A stretch of DNA of 62,834 bases, the filler included. It is 22 parts of 22 records of this genome, joined end to end, with 100 filler letters (N's around TTAATTAATTAA, not from the genome) between each part and the next. Parts side by side here need not be neighbours in the genome. Positions count along the whole stretch, not along the records: positions 31,939 to 35,677 come from SRR16133337_58550; positions 35,778 to 38,879 come from SRR16133337_58622; positions 38,980 to 43,162 come from SRR16133337_58732; positions 43,263 to 45,379 come from SRR16133337_59187; positions 45,480 to 47,554 come from SRR16133337_59435; 17 more parts are not named here. One strand, written 5' to 3'. Numbering within the stretch: position 1 is the stretch's first letter; each line of letters begins with the position of its first letter. Both the position numbers and the translations under genes were made by a program. A model generated the notes under the pieces. It was not told the DNA's origin. It ran no database searches and saw nothing but the letters and a program-made list of their open reading frames with translations. Of this stretch, positions 34,301-46,743 are shown in pieces.

Positions 34301-35910
34301 CAGTCTTTAATGGAATGAAATGTATTTGATAAAGTTATGACATTATAATCTTGAATGCAAAGGGATAAAAAGAAAGTCGTTGTGCCTTTTTTTCTAAATT
34401 TAAAGACAGCATTTAGACACTTTATCAATAATGAATTTATGTGGATTTTACACTAGTTGAAAGATTACATCAATAGCCTTTTTTTTCTTGGCGAAATAAA
34501 TTAAAAACTACAATGGACCGGTTTTTTAATTAGGCAGATATTGAGAATAAAAGAATTGGTGTAGATCACAACTAGCTAGAATTAAGAATGAAATGAAATT
34601 TAGTCTGTTTGTGTGATATATTTATAAACTGTGTCAAATCTCCTACAAGAAAGAGTTGTTATTAGTTGTGTTACTGCTGTCAACCTAACCCAGGTCTAAA
34701 CAGGCAATACAATAATTTTAACTAGGACAACTAATAACAATTCTTTATTAATTGTCAAGTTCTCTGAGATATTAATCAACTGAACTCTGTGATTTCTATC
34801 TTTAACATGTACACAGTATTTGTTGGGTTATTAATTGTTATTATACTCAGTATACCTAAACCTGTTATTATGGCCAAGTGTACAGTGTACATTTAACTAC
34901 CCATCTGATCCTGGTACAGAGTGTAGGAAAGAAAATCAATTGTTGTCTTTCATCCTGTCGGTGTTACTTGATGCTTTATTGTATTTCTACAAGAAAAAAT
35001 ACTCCTTTTAAACAAATATGTTATTCCTCTATCCAAGCTTTTAGCCTTTCTTTTTATAAGTCTTGAATTTGTCCTTTTTGTTTACATATAAATTGTTTCT
35101 TTTATAAAACGTCAAATGCTTTACTAAGTTCAAACTGACTAAAATTATTTATCTCGACTCTTCATTGGAAGTTATGCATTAAAGGTACTTCAAACCCACC
35201 AAATATTCCTGCTTTTTTTTTGTTGTACAGCATTCAATAAGCCATTCAGTCACCATTTCTTGTCATATATCACCTGCTTATTCTGTACCTTAGTAGTATG
35301 CAGCATTGCAGAGCACAAGGGATAAATATCCTACGAATATTTGTTGAAAATAAAATGGGTAATTGTGTGTGTGATCTCTCTATGATAGCAGACGCACACA
35401 CACAAGCCCCCAATTTTTCAACATTTGTTTCTAAGGTTATCTATCCCATGGGCTCTAAGTAGTATGCCTGAGCCTAATCTTTACAAGATTTTAAACCACA
35501 TTGATATGGTCTAGCCTTTTTGTTTTATCTTGACTAAAAGATAGTTGGAAAGGTAGAGAATATCAAAATAAAAATCTTCTAAATATTGGGCGCTTTGACA
35601 TGTTTATAAGGTGTAGCTTTTTTTCTCTTCCCCACCATTTTCTATCTGTTTTTGCTTAAAAGAAAATAATATTTCCANNNNNNNNNNNNNNNNNNNNNNN
35701 NNNNNNNNNNNNNNNNNNNNNTTAATTAATTAANNNNNNNNNNNNNNNNNNNNNNNNNNNNNNNNNNNNNNNNNNNNAGGCGAAATGAATTTTAGAAGGA
35801 AAATTGTATGATCAAATCCTCTTGCACTTTGTTTTGAAAGGTAACTTTGCTATCATGTGATTCGAGGACTTTGCATGGATTTTGTAGAAATGTTTAATGC
35901 TCAATTTTAC

Positions 35911-38879
35911 CTCAATGCTCGGAGAACACCTTCCAACATTTCGACTGTCATCATAGAAACTTCATCGATGATTATCGTTGAGGCCATTTGAAGTTCAATA
36001 TATCTGGAGGAACCAACTGTCAATCTACAAGTATAGTCCTCTCCTACAAATCCACAAATTCGATGAATTGTTTCTCCTCCAATTTGTAATGCTGCAATGC
36101 CTGTTGTTGCAGACATTATAACACTTTCACGCCCTTTTGAATCCTTAAGTATCTTCAAAAAAATAAGAAGAGAAACGAAACTCTTTCCAGTGCCAGCACC
36201 TCCAAGAAGAAACTCCAAATCCTTTCTAGAACATATAGTTTCGATAACAATCTTTTGAGTGCTCGTTGCGCTTTCCCAATTCTTTGTAAAATTTTCCATT
36301 TGGCTTCTTAACCATTTTTCATGCGATTGGTCAATAATGTTATTATCTGCAACATCATCAAGATAATAAGATATTTTTTCTTCATCAAAAGAACTTGCAA
36401 AACGTAAGGTATCATCCTTCAAAATATCAACATCCCCATATATAGCAGTCACTGCTTCCGTAATATCACTGTCGTCTATTCCAAAAACCTTCAATTGTGT
36501 ACAAAGTTGGCGAAGCCGGTGTGGACTTATTCCCCGCGTTTTAGCATTCTCAACAACAGCAAGAGCATCCACATCTTCGGATGGCTTTGTGATTGCACCA
36601 CGCAGAAAACATTCCATTTCGAAGGTTTTATCTTTGTTGTCAACATGAAAAAAAGTTTCTCGCGAAATATCCATGACGACAGGTGTATTTTTCAGCAGTA
36701 ACTGGAAATAATATTTTTCACCGTCCATTGGAGTATAAAATGTGTCGTAAAATATCTTAGGTCTTTTCTTTTGAACCATCACGTACCCAGATTTATCTTC
36801 GTAAGCAATAATCGCATTAGTATTTTGTTCCACAAATGGCAGCTTGTCTCTATCTGCTTTCTTCATATTATATGACACTTTCCATTCCAGGAAAAAATCA
36901 TAAAATGTCATGTCATTGAGTTTTTCATGGCGATCAAGATAATGTTCCCACATTCCTGCATAGAGAATATCTGTAGAGTCGGGATTCTTTTCAGCAAGTT
37001 CATTAAGTTTATCCTTGCGTTTTATGCGCCTATTAAACATAATGAAGAAAGTTAGTATCGAAAATATATTTTCATTCTGGAAATCTTGAACAATACTCTC
37101 GACAATTAAATTGCCAAAAACAAAAATACATGTAGAAAAACATTCCAACCATCATTTTAAGCAAAGAAAAGCATATGTCTATTTATTTCCCAAAACTGCA
37201 CTTTGAAATCAAAATGTCTAAAATAAAAGCTTATGTCGGAGAAGTTGGTATGGTTTGTAACGCGTGAGGATGTTTTCTAATGTGTTCTGTCACCTGAAGT
37301 AACAAGTTTTATTTGATTTGTTCAATAATGAGAGTATTACTCAACATTTTTTTTCCCACTCCATATTCACAAGATTATTTTCGTGTCATATTCACGCACT
37401 CGATTCTGTGTTTATACATGTGAGCGGAACATTGTTTTTTTGATGTACATGTAAAAAAATAAAAAACTAATTACCTGAAGCGATCTTTCTCCAGATAAGT
37501 AGGAACGAACACCGGCTTCATGTTTTTCGGATGGTATTGCACATGAGCATGACCTAACATTGTTAAAATAGCTTCTTGCTCAGAAGTAACGCGGCGTTGA
37601 ATATAACTTCTAAATCCCTTTTTTTGCCGGAGGAGCTTCAAACCAATTACATCTTTGCTTTTCACTACGTATTTTGTCTGATACTCCAAAAATCCCATTT
37701 CTGTAACACGTTCAAGATTGTGGTGTTGATCCTAACATAAAATATGACAGACACAAATTAGTTAGCAAATGAAATGAATTGAACTTTTTCAAAGGAGCAG
37801 GTGTATCCATTTTGTGTATCAAACAAAAACATTATTGATACAACATAATTTGAAACGAACATGTTTACCTTCAATAATCCTTCTGCAAGATCTTCGCAAT
37901 ACGGAACAACATATCGCTCACATTCGTTTTTCCGTGGATAAATGAATTTTCCTGTAGTTTCGTCAATTTTACCGAAAACACGGGTTTTTGGAACATCACA
38001 TTTCTCATCATCGTAAGAAACTTCTGTGACTTCACCTTCATACAATTCTTGTGGATATCCCCAGTGGCATGTTTCATTGCATTTCATGCTACGAGAACAA
38101 TCGTGGGTTTGACAGGATTTCACAAAGTCATGTAAGGTTTTGTTATCTTCCTCCGATGGAAGTGTAGTCGTTGCTTTTCCTGGATCACAAGGCTGAAGTT
38201 GCTTTTCATGAAATATATTGATGTGTGCGTGTATAGCACCTCTTTGAGGCTGTGCTTCATAACGAATCCAAGTTAAAATAACATCGTTCCCAGGTTCTCC
38301 AAAAATATCGTTTGCTTTGTCTTTAAGATCATCCATTTGACGGAGAAAATATTCCAAAGTGTCATACGCACGTTTGTTTGGTTGTACACAGCCGCTGTTT
38401 GGTTCCATGGCAAGAAAATCCTTTAATTCCCTTTTTCTGAAAGATTGTGTCACTGTAAGAAAGTATGTAGGTGTACCCAACGACATTGCTGTTGCCTGTA
38501 GCTTCTGATACTCAGAATAAAAATAAGGAGCTGTGCCGGTAATATTTCGAGGTATGACTAAGTGTCTATCCAGATCCACTCCACTTTCAGAGTCGAGAAG
38601 CTGAGATACAGTTGTCCTTCCAGTTTTGGCAACGTGCATGTTGAATTCAGAAATTCGTTCTTTGAATCTTCGAGCAAAAGAATATAAAACATAATTAGGT
38701 GATTCTCTGTGATACGGTAAATCACGTGGTGATTGGAGTCGACATTTCATGTACATTGAAGCGCCAAGACAGTTTCCAGAAAAATATCCACCGTATCCGT
38801 AAGGAAACAATTTTGGAAATAAATAATGCTCCAGATTTGGTGTTTTCAATCTTAAATCAACAACACCAGATTTATGTTT
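35911..38879 (-). mobile_element. Helitron/Helentron-like RepHel gene (HUH Rep + PIF1 helicase), spliced; exons 38879-37869, 37731-37475, 37029-35911; partial at both ends
   Basis: LEHYLFPKLFPYGYGG, GTPTYFLTVT (Rep motif 1), RYEAQPQRGAIHAHINI (HUH), CHWGYP, YVVPY, EYQTKYVVKS (catalytic YxxKY); helicase GGAGTGKS, ATTGIAA, GETIH, IIIDEVSM. Phase-consistent GT-AG introns. Confidence 0.88.
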
Positions 38880-39004
38880 NNNNNNNNNNNNNNNNNNNNN
38901 NNNNNNNNNNNNNNNNNNNNNNNTTAATTAATTAANNNNNNNNNNNNNNNNNNNNNNNNNNNNNNNNNNNNNNNNNNNNCAATGGTTTGTTGGGAGAATT
39001 TTAG

Positions 39005-42000
39005 TCTTTTTCGCGCAGCACTTCATGGCAGAGCACTAGAGGGACGTGAGCATTTTGAAAAAACTTTGGCATTTGTACACGCTGTACGAAAGGAGAGACA
39101 CAAAGAGGAACGAAGAAGAGACAGAGACATGGTGATGCAAGAGAAGAGACGTGAAGAAGAACAAAGAAAAATCTACAACGAGGAGGAACGAAGGAGCAAA
39201 TTTGAGGGAGAACACATGGAACGGATACTGAGAGAGGCAGGTGTTATATTGATTATGTAGGGAGCGGAGAGTAGTGGGTGCCACGCCTTTTTTTTGATAA
39301 TTCCTGATGCATTATTGGCATTGAACGGAAAACCAAAATACAGTTACTACCACTTCTTACACCACAAACGTGAATGGGCAGTCAGTGTATTTACTTTGTG
39401 TGTGGGTGGAGTGGGTGTTGGGGTGGGGGGGAGTGAATTAGGAATGCATGGGCATTGAAATGGCATACAAACATGTGTTATCATTACCAACATTGTTTTC
39501 TCGTGCTGCTGTATTTTTAACCACCGTACAATATTGTTTTTTAAAAAAAAATCAGTGAATGGTACTGTACAAAATCTGGTTATGTTTCGTCATCAGGCTG
39601 AAGCGTTGCAGAAAGAAAGGCAAGCCATGTTGGGATTAAATAGGCGAATCAACAAGGAAGATTTCGATTATTCATTTGAAAAGTATGGTTTTCATCAAAA
39701 CAATATAAATCATTCACACTTTTAATTCGTACCCATATTTTTTTTTAAAGTAGCAATGATTTAGTTGCGATGACATGTCAGTTTGATGCTACTTTCGCGT
39801 ATCTGGACAAGTTCTTGAATTTTGTAGTCCACTTGAGAACTAACAGTTCCTTTGATGTTATGTACCAGTACTTCTTTTATCTTCCTTACTGATTCATATC
39901 ATCTTCACAACTTACAGGATGTTCACGTCTTTTGTTACCAGAGCAACGCTCAAATATTCATGTCATTGTTGAATTTGAACGTTTGTTTTTGAAGCTTTTA
40001 AATTTCACAATATGTACTCTGGCAATTCTTTAGTCTATTTCGTACTGCATTGCATGGTCGAGCATTGGAAAAGAGCAAACGACGCGGTACAAAAGACACA
40101 CAGAATTTCGATACATTTGAGGAGACGCATGAGCACAGTGCTGCATATAGTCAATATGTAGACACTAGCCAGTTTTTGGGATATTCATTTAAACGAGCTA
40201 AGGATACCAGCGCAGGTTTGCACGATATGTTTGCTGGTGACGAAAAGAAACATGCCATGTGCGAACAGAGTGAAATGTGGTACGGGTACTGAAAGTTTAC
40301 ACTCATTCACAAAACAAGCGGTTTCTGTTTATTTCCAATCTCCTATAGATGAATTGATGACGCCCCAAGCATTTATTTCATGTAACCTTAGGATTGTTTG
40401 TTTTTTTTTGTATTCCAACTGTATCTTGTGTGTATTTCTGGTAAAAAACGCATTTGTGTTCGGAAGGTTTTCAAACAGAGAAAGAGAGAGAGAGAGAAAG
40501 TTTTCACTGATCTCGTGTATTGGGTCTTTGAGCGAGATTTTCTTTTCATTATAACGGATCTTTGTTTCCATTCAAACAACTATCGCGATCTTGGACAATC
40601 ACTGCATGTTTAGTCGTGTTATTCTTACTTCTATTTGCATTAAGGTCATACAAAAATGGGAGTTGGTTTACGCAATGCACTTGCCCAGGGTACTAGAAGG
40701 CACGTGGTATCTAGGGCATTGCTGTGAAGTTCTGTACACATTTAAATATTCTGTATTGGTGGGTTACGGGTTGGCAGGAGTTTTTAGAGTTGATGTTGAT
40801 AGTTTAGATTTTTAAAGTAGCTAAATAACTTTTTTTCTTATTCTAAGCAAATGTTATGAAATGTAGGTAGAGATACAATGTCAGGAAGTATGTCGAAATT
40901 AGTTTATGTTTCCTGTGTATGTTTATTGACTAGACAGTTGAGGTTAGACTTTTAAAAAAATATGTTTTAGCTTGTTTCGTGCAGCTCTTCATGGCAAAGC
41001 TCTTGATATCATTGACGGTGAATACACGACAGAACGACCAGAGAGCCGTTGTTCACGTTCTCCAAAACAATCGCGTGAGGATGTTCCCATTTGGCTCAAA
41101 GAACAAAGGGAAAGGGATCGTCACAGGGATTACCGACGGATGTCAAGAAGTATGTCCAGAAGTACATCTGGAGAGTGGAGTAGGAGCAGGAGTAGGAGCA
41201 GGAGCAGAGTTAGATCCAGAAGTCGATCTCGTTCTCAATACCGTAGAGGTGTAGATAGATATAGTTCTCCAAGTGGTTCTGATGACAAACGATATAAAAA
41301 AGGAAAAAGTCGAAATAAAAAACGATGTAAAAGACGCCTGTCATCAGATTCAAGTGATTTGAGCGATTCGGATTCGAGTGATTCGAGTGACTCGAGCAGT
41401 TCTAGTGAATCAAATTATGGGAGCAAGAGGCGTAAACGTAAAAGGTCAAGAATCCCACACCATTTTGAGTATGTAGCGCGCAAGTTATTGACGTTTGTTA
41501 TATTATGTAGTAGCAAACATTTAATTCTCCGCACAATTAATTCTCCGCACAATTAACAGCTAAATTTTTGCGTAATATTTTTTGCTTATCCTTGTGGCCA
41601 AGTCATGGCGATTAAACGATTATGTTGAACGAAACTGTACAGCATACACAAATGATATTTATTTGGCATTTTATCTCGTAATTGAAATATAGTTTGTGTT
41701 AATTAGTATCTTATTGTGTATTTTTGAGTTGGAAAGAATGTATTCGTGGATATACAGTTTGGGAGCAATATGTGATTGTTATGGTACAGAGCTCTGTTAT
41801 GTTTTTACAAGCGTAACAACAACACGGTAATTGGGTTTCTAATTTAAGAGAGTGGGTCTTCTTTTGTATGATAATCTTATTTGTAGCATTTTTCGCGTTG
41901 CTCTTCTTGGCCGAGCACTTGAAAAACATCATGACGTTCCTCCCCCACCTCCTCAAGATCAATATTACGGCGGTGGTGATGAATGGGGTGAGGATGGCGG

Positions 42001-42812
42001 TGGTGATGAATGGGAAGAGGATGAAGATGACGATGGTGGAGGTTGGGGAGACGAGGAAGAATGGGATGAGGAAGAAAAATGTGCTGACAAAGAAGCTGAA
42101 TACGAATCCAAACAGGACGATAGCAACTTCTTATTGCAAATGTATGGTCGGAATATTACATCTTTACTACTTCTGATTTTTCGGAACAATAGCAATGTTT
42201 AAAACAGTCATTTGCAGAAAATCATGTTAAAATTAATTATGATGAAAATGACTTACGGGTGTATGTCGTAATCTGAATGAGAAGATTACAAGAAGTTAAA
42301 AGGGTGCAACTGGCAATAGTTTTGAAACATTGCAAAGGGTTATGTTTATTTTTCCAGATGCATTTGTTTCAATCGTCAAGCGCTTGCCTCGAACATCATC
42401 TCACAGCCTCAGTCCAAAGCTCTGTCGTGAATATCAGCATTGGGAGATTTTTACAATAGGTGTTTTCATCATTGTGTAATCTATGCTTTTCTAGCATTTT
42501 TCTCGCTGCTCTCCATGGTCGAGCGCTTGATAAACGTCATGGCACCATTGAGAAATTTGACGAAGCGAAACTTCAAGAATTTTGTTATAGCGGGGACGAC
42601 TATAGCGGGCATGACTATAGCGACGGTAGCGACGGTAGCGCTGCTGGTTACACTCAAACCGCGCTATTCTGTGGCGACGATAGCGTTGATAGCGAGGATA
42701 GTAACTATAACGGCGGTGACGACGATAGGTACATGCGTTACGATGGTGCCAGAGTTGGTTGGGGTGGAGAAAAGTCAAAATATGTAGAAAGCAGTCCTGT
42801 TGGCATTGGAAT
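39005..42812 (+). CDS. Eukaryotic gene or array with five related exons (39005-39256, 40034-40279, 40971-41468, 41887-42141, 42495-42812) sharing an N-terminal LFRAALHGRALE motif; function unknown
   Basis: Each copy is directly preceded by TAG in phase 2 and has a phase-2 GTA donor; lengths 252/246/498/255/318 nt. Confidence 0.65.
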
Positions 42813-43381
42813 GTATGAATTTAATACGTGCAATTCATTACTTATGTAGTTATTTCCATTGTCTTCGAAAACTTTTTCAGGGATACAACAAACCTGTTTT
42901 TGTCAACATTCAACACAAACATATCGTTTATGTTAATGGATTTTTCGTCAATGTGTCTATTTCAGGCATTTTCCGCCTTGTAATTTCTCAGGCAGTATTC
43001 GTTTTGTGCGGGAATCTTTTAAAAACTCCAGATGAAATAAATCTTTTATAGTGGAGTTGGGTGGGGTGGTAGGAGGGAGGGGTGGAAGCAAAATCTTTAT
43101 CGCAAAATCGATTTCATTTTGCGTCTAAATTGAGTGCTGTTGTTTAATTTATCAAAATTAGGNNNNNNNNNNNNNNNNNNNNNNNNNNNNNNNNNNNNNN
43201 NNNNNNTTAATTAATTAANNNNNNNNNNNNNNNNNNNNNNNNNNNNNNNNNNNNNNNNNNNNGTTCTTACATCAAATTTTCCTGTACCACCCTCTCAAAA
43301 ACCACAAATTTCTTACATAAAGTCATGAAAAAAAGTCTACGATTACAATTCAAAAGCTTTGAAAAAATTAAATGTTTTATT

Positions 43382-43756
43382 TTATGGAACAGCCCCAAGA
43401 TCGCAATACCAGTAATAGCAACTGTAACAAAATGTCCTACTCCGAGCATGTCGAGATTGGTCATTTAGAATCTTAACGCATCCATCACAAATACACTCGT
43501 CACAAACTGATTCACCACAAAAATAACAATCTTTGCAAAAATTTTCTTCACACTCCACACATTTCATATAGCGCACTGTACCGTCCAAACATTTTGGTGC
43601 ATGTACAACATTTTTGCATTCATCGTCACAGTCTCCGCACCGTGTCACGAAAACACCACATTCAGGACACAAATCGAGAAATGACGAAACGAGTTTGTTG
43701 AGACATGTGGGAAGTGCTGCCAGCCGTTTTAGAACTTCTAATTCTGTTTCGTCCAT
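43382..43756 (-). CDS. Small intronless Cys-rich protein with a possible F-box-like N-terminus (start at MDETELEV)
   Basis: LAALPTCLNKLVSSFLD followed by multiple CxxC pairs (CPEC, CGDC, CVEC, CKDC, CYFC, CDEC, CDGC, CYSC). Confidence 0.5.
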   Translation of the reverse strand: MDETELEVLKRLAALPTCLNKLVSSFLDLCPECGVFVTRCGDCDDECKNVVHAPKCLDGTVRYMKCVECEENFCKDCYFCGESVCDECICDGCVKILNDQSRHARSRTFCYSCYYWYCDLGAVP

Positions 43757-44612
43757 TTTCGAAATTTGGTTTGTGTTGGAGACGTGGTTTGTAGTGAAAT
43801 TGGAGGCTCTGACTAAAAAAGCTGTATGAAAGTCCAAAGTCTGAGCTTCGGACTTTTGTGTAAAAATATATTGGAAATGTTTATAATTCTTAAACATAAG
43901 ATGCGTATACTTAATTTTTGGGTTTTTGGATATGGTTGTAGCAATCCAATGAGCAAAAATCACCTCACAGCAAATCGTCCAAAATTTTGTACAATTCTCA
44001 CTCGCGAGAATTTTGAATTTATAATTTCGATCTATGAAAAACTCCACCCCAAAAAGTTGAAAATTATCATTTTGCTTTTTTTAGCATTTATCGTTTCGTG
44101 CGTTGGTTTAATTTTTGTCGTCTGTTTGTCCGTCCGTCCAATCATTTTTCCGCCTCGACTTCCCAGAAAACGCTATTGATCTTGAAATTACAAATTGAAC
44201 CCTAATAGCAGAGATGGGTGTAGACCGGAAGTGTAGGAGACCGCCTTTTAGGTGGGTGGTGTGGTGAGCTCGGCCGGTAGGTGAGGCTGTGGAGGGATTG
44301 TTGCGGGATCAGCATTTCTGGGCCTCTTTTCGAAGCGAAACGAATACATTGTATTTATCCGCTGTAAAAATAACGTTAGTGATCACGGAATACGAATTTA
44401 GTAACACAGTAAGTCACCAGAATTGTGAAAATTTAGGATAGGGATTCAAAGCAGAAGAGTAAATATTTTGCTGAAATTTAACCGCTTGATACTGGCCTCG
44501 TTCGGTAAGAACTTCATTTTACGATCGCACATCAGTGCACGAATGTTATTTTCTTTTAAATGCTTCGATGTGATTCAGCATATGCATTATTGTATTTTTC
44601 TTTTTTGCACAG

Positions 44613-45379
44613 GCACCAACGGGTGATATGGAGAAAACACAAGCGTACGACGCTTTTGACGATGAAACAGACGATGACAGTGGTGGTGAGAAGGAAGTTG
44701 TTGATGACGATGCGATAGCAAAAACGCAGGTTTATGACGCAGATGGCGATGAAACTGACGAAGACAATGACGGCAACAAACCGGCGGAAGACGTGAGTAA
44801 CAAAAAAGGTCGTTTCATCAAATCAACGTAATTTTCCTAATTTTTGCAAAAAATGTTTTAGGAAAAAAAACATTCATGAATTTTGACAATAGGACGTGAA
44901 GTGGTTGTAGTTGGTGTGTGGGGGTGTGTGGGGTTGGGGGCTACGACTCAGGCGAATTTGTAACGTTTTACATGTGCAAAATTGAGATAAATATCGTTGG
45001 GTCGTAAATATAATAGTCGCAATGTGAGTCTAACGTACACATGTATTATGAAATTCAACATTTTAAGCGAGCCAACACCTCGAATTTTGTGGAAAACCAT
45101 AAATTTGGCTTGGCACGACTCACGCAAGCTATTATTGAAAGAATGGTCATAAATTGTCTTTATCATGCTCATAATATAAAGCAAAAAGCCACCTTGATTT
45201 GACGGACAAGCGTACTGTACTTCCAAGGATTATTTCAAACTTCTCAAACTTTTTCCAGGGCTGCACGTAGCTCATTTGTTTGTTTGTTTTTTCTGTGCCA
45301 TGAAAACCATGGGTTTACTTCATTTTTTTCAGACCGACAAAACTCAGATACTTGATGCTGGTGATGAATCTGATGAAGA
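44613..45379 (+). CDS. Partial spliced acidic protein with repeated KTQxYD...DETD motifs; exons 44613-44792 and 45333-45379
   Basis: cacag|...|gtgagt and ttcag| sites, phase 0. EKTQAYDAFDDETDD, AKTQVYDADGDETDED, DKTQILDAGDESDE. Confidence 0.6.
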
Positions 45380-45491
45380 NNNNNNNNNNNNNNNNNNNNN
45401 NNNNNNNNNNNNNNNNNNNNNNNTTAATTAATTAANNNNNNNNNNNNNNNNNNNNNNNNNNNNNNNNNNNNNNNNNNNNAAAACAGATTTT

Positions 45492-46400
45492 ATGAAGGAA
45501 ATAGTATTGATAACAGGAGGTACGGGTTTGGTAGGGAAATCCCTTACAAAAAGACTACGAAAAGAAGGCTATCAGGTAGCGATACTCTCAAGAAACCCTA
45601 GAGAAGCATCGGAAGGAATTTCTTATTTTCGATGGAATCCGGAAAAGAATGAAATTGATGCAAATTGTATTTCAGAAGCAACGTATATCATCCATTTGGC
45701 AGGTGAAAATGTTGGCACTGGAAAATGGACTGCTAAAAGAAAAATAAAGATCTTAAAAAGTAGAACAGATTCTACGAAATTACTTTATACCTTACTTTTA
45801 AAAAATAAGCATAACATAAAGGGATTTGTTTCAGCATCTGCCACTGGTTTTTATGGAACATTTACTTCTGAAATTCTTTTTAAGGAAGAATTTCCAGCAG
45901 GAAATGATTTTTTAGGAACCGTTTGTCGGCAGTGGGAAGGGGGTGTTAGAAAAATAGACACTTTAGGTATCCGGACGGTTATATTAAGAACAGGTATTGT
46001 TTTGGGAAAGAAAGGAAGCGTTTTGCAAAAAATGTTATTTCCTTTTCAATTAGGACTCGGTTCTTCAATAGGCAATGGGAAACAATATATACCTTGGATC
46101 CATATAGATGATTTGTGTAAGATGTATTTGCTGGCAATCAATAAAACTGAAATAAGGGGTTCTTATAACGCTGTTGTAGGAGATGGATTAACAAATCAAA
46201 AGCTTAGTAAATCAATTGCTAAAAAATTGAAAAAACCTTTTTTTATGCCCCGTATTCCTGTTTTTTTCTTACGAGTGATATTTGGTGAAAGATCTGTTCT
46301 TTTGACAAAAGGAAGCAATATTTCTTCGGAGAAAATTAGAAATGTAGGATTTGTTTTCGAATTTTTGGAAATTGAAAAGGCTTTGGAAGATTTGATTTAG
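45492..46400 (+). CDS. TIGR01777-family NAD-dependent epimerase/oxidoreductase (YfcH-like)
   Basis: LITGGTGLVG Rossmann motif, IIHLAGE, SASATGFYG, FLGTVCRQWE, GNGKQYIPWIHIDD. Confidence 0.92.
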   Translation: MKEIVLITGGTGLVGKSLTKRLRKEGYQVAILSRNPREASEGISYFRWNPEKNEIDANCISEATYIIHLAGENVGTGKWTAKRKIKILKSRTDSTKLLYTLLLKNKHNIKGFVSASATGFYGTFTSEILFKEEFPAGNDFLGTVCRQWEGGVRKIDTLGIRTVILRTGIVLGKKGSVLQKMLFPFQLGLGSSIGNGKQYIPWIHIDDLCKMYLLAINKTEIRGSYNAVVGDGLTNQKLSKSIAKKLKKPFFMPRIPVFFLRVIFGERSVLLTKGSNISSEKIRNVGFVFEFLEIEKALEDLI

Positions 46401-46743
46401 TATTTCAGAAAACTCAGCAAAGTATATAAGTGGTCAATAAAAGTAAAAAGAGGACAAAAGGGCAGTTGTCGGTTTTCAGTTATAAAAGGAAAGGTGACAA
46501 GCAGATAGGCTTTAGGCAAAAGATGAAACAACAACCAACCTGTGCAAGACCGCAAGAACAAACGACATGAAAACTTCACGGTATCACCATCTGCAAGACA
46601 GACTGCAAAACGAAAAAAAGAAGTCTCTAAATTCGAGTTTCTAAGGAAGCGGAATATAAGCTCCTTTTCATCTTACAAAAATAAGAGATAATAAAGAGAA
46701 ACAAAATTTTGAAAAGGATTCATTCCGTTTTGGTTTAAAATCA

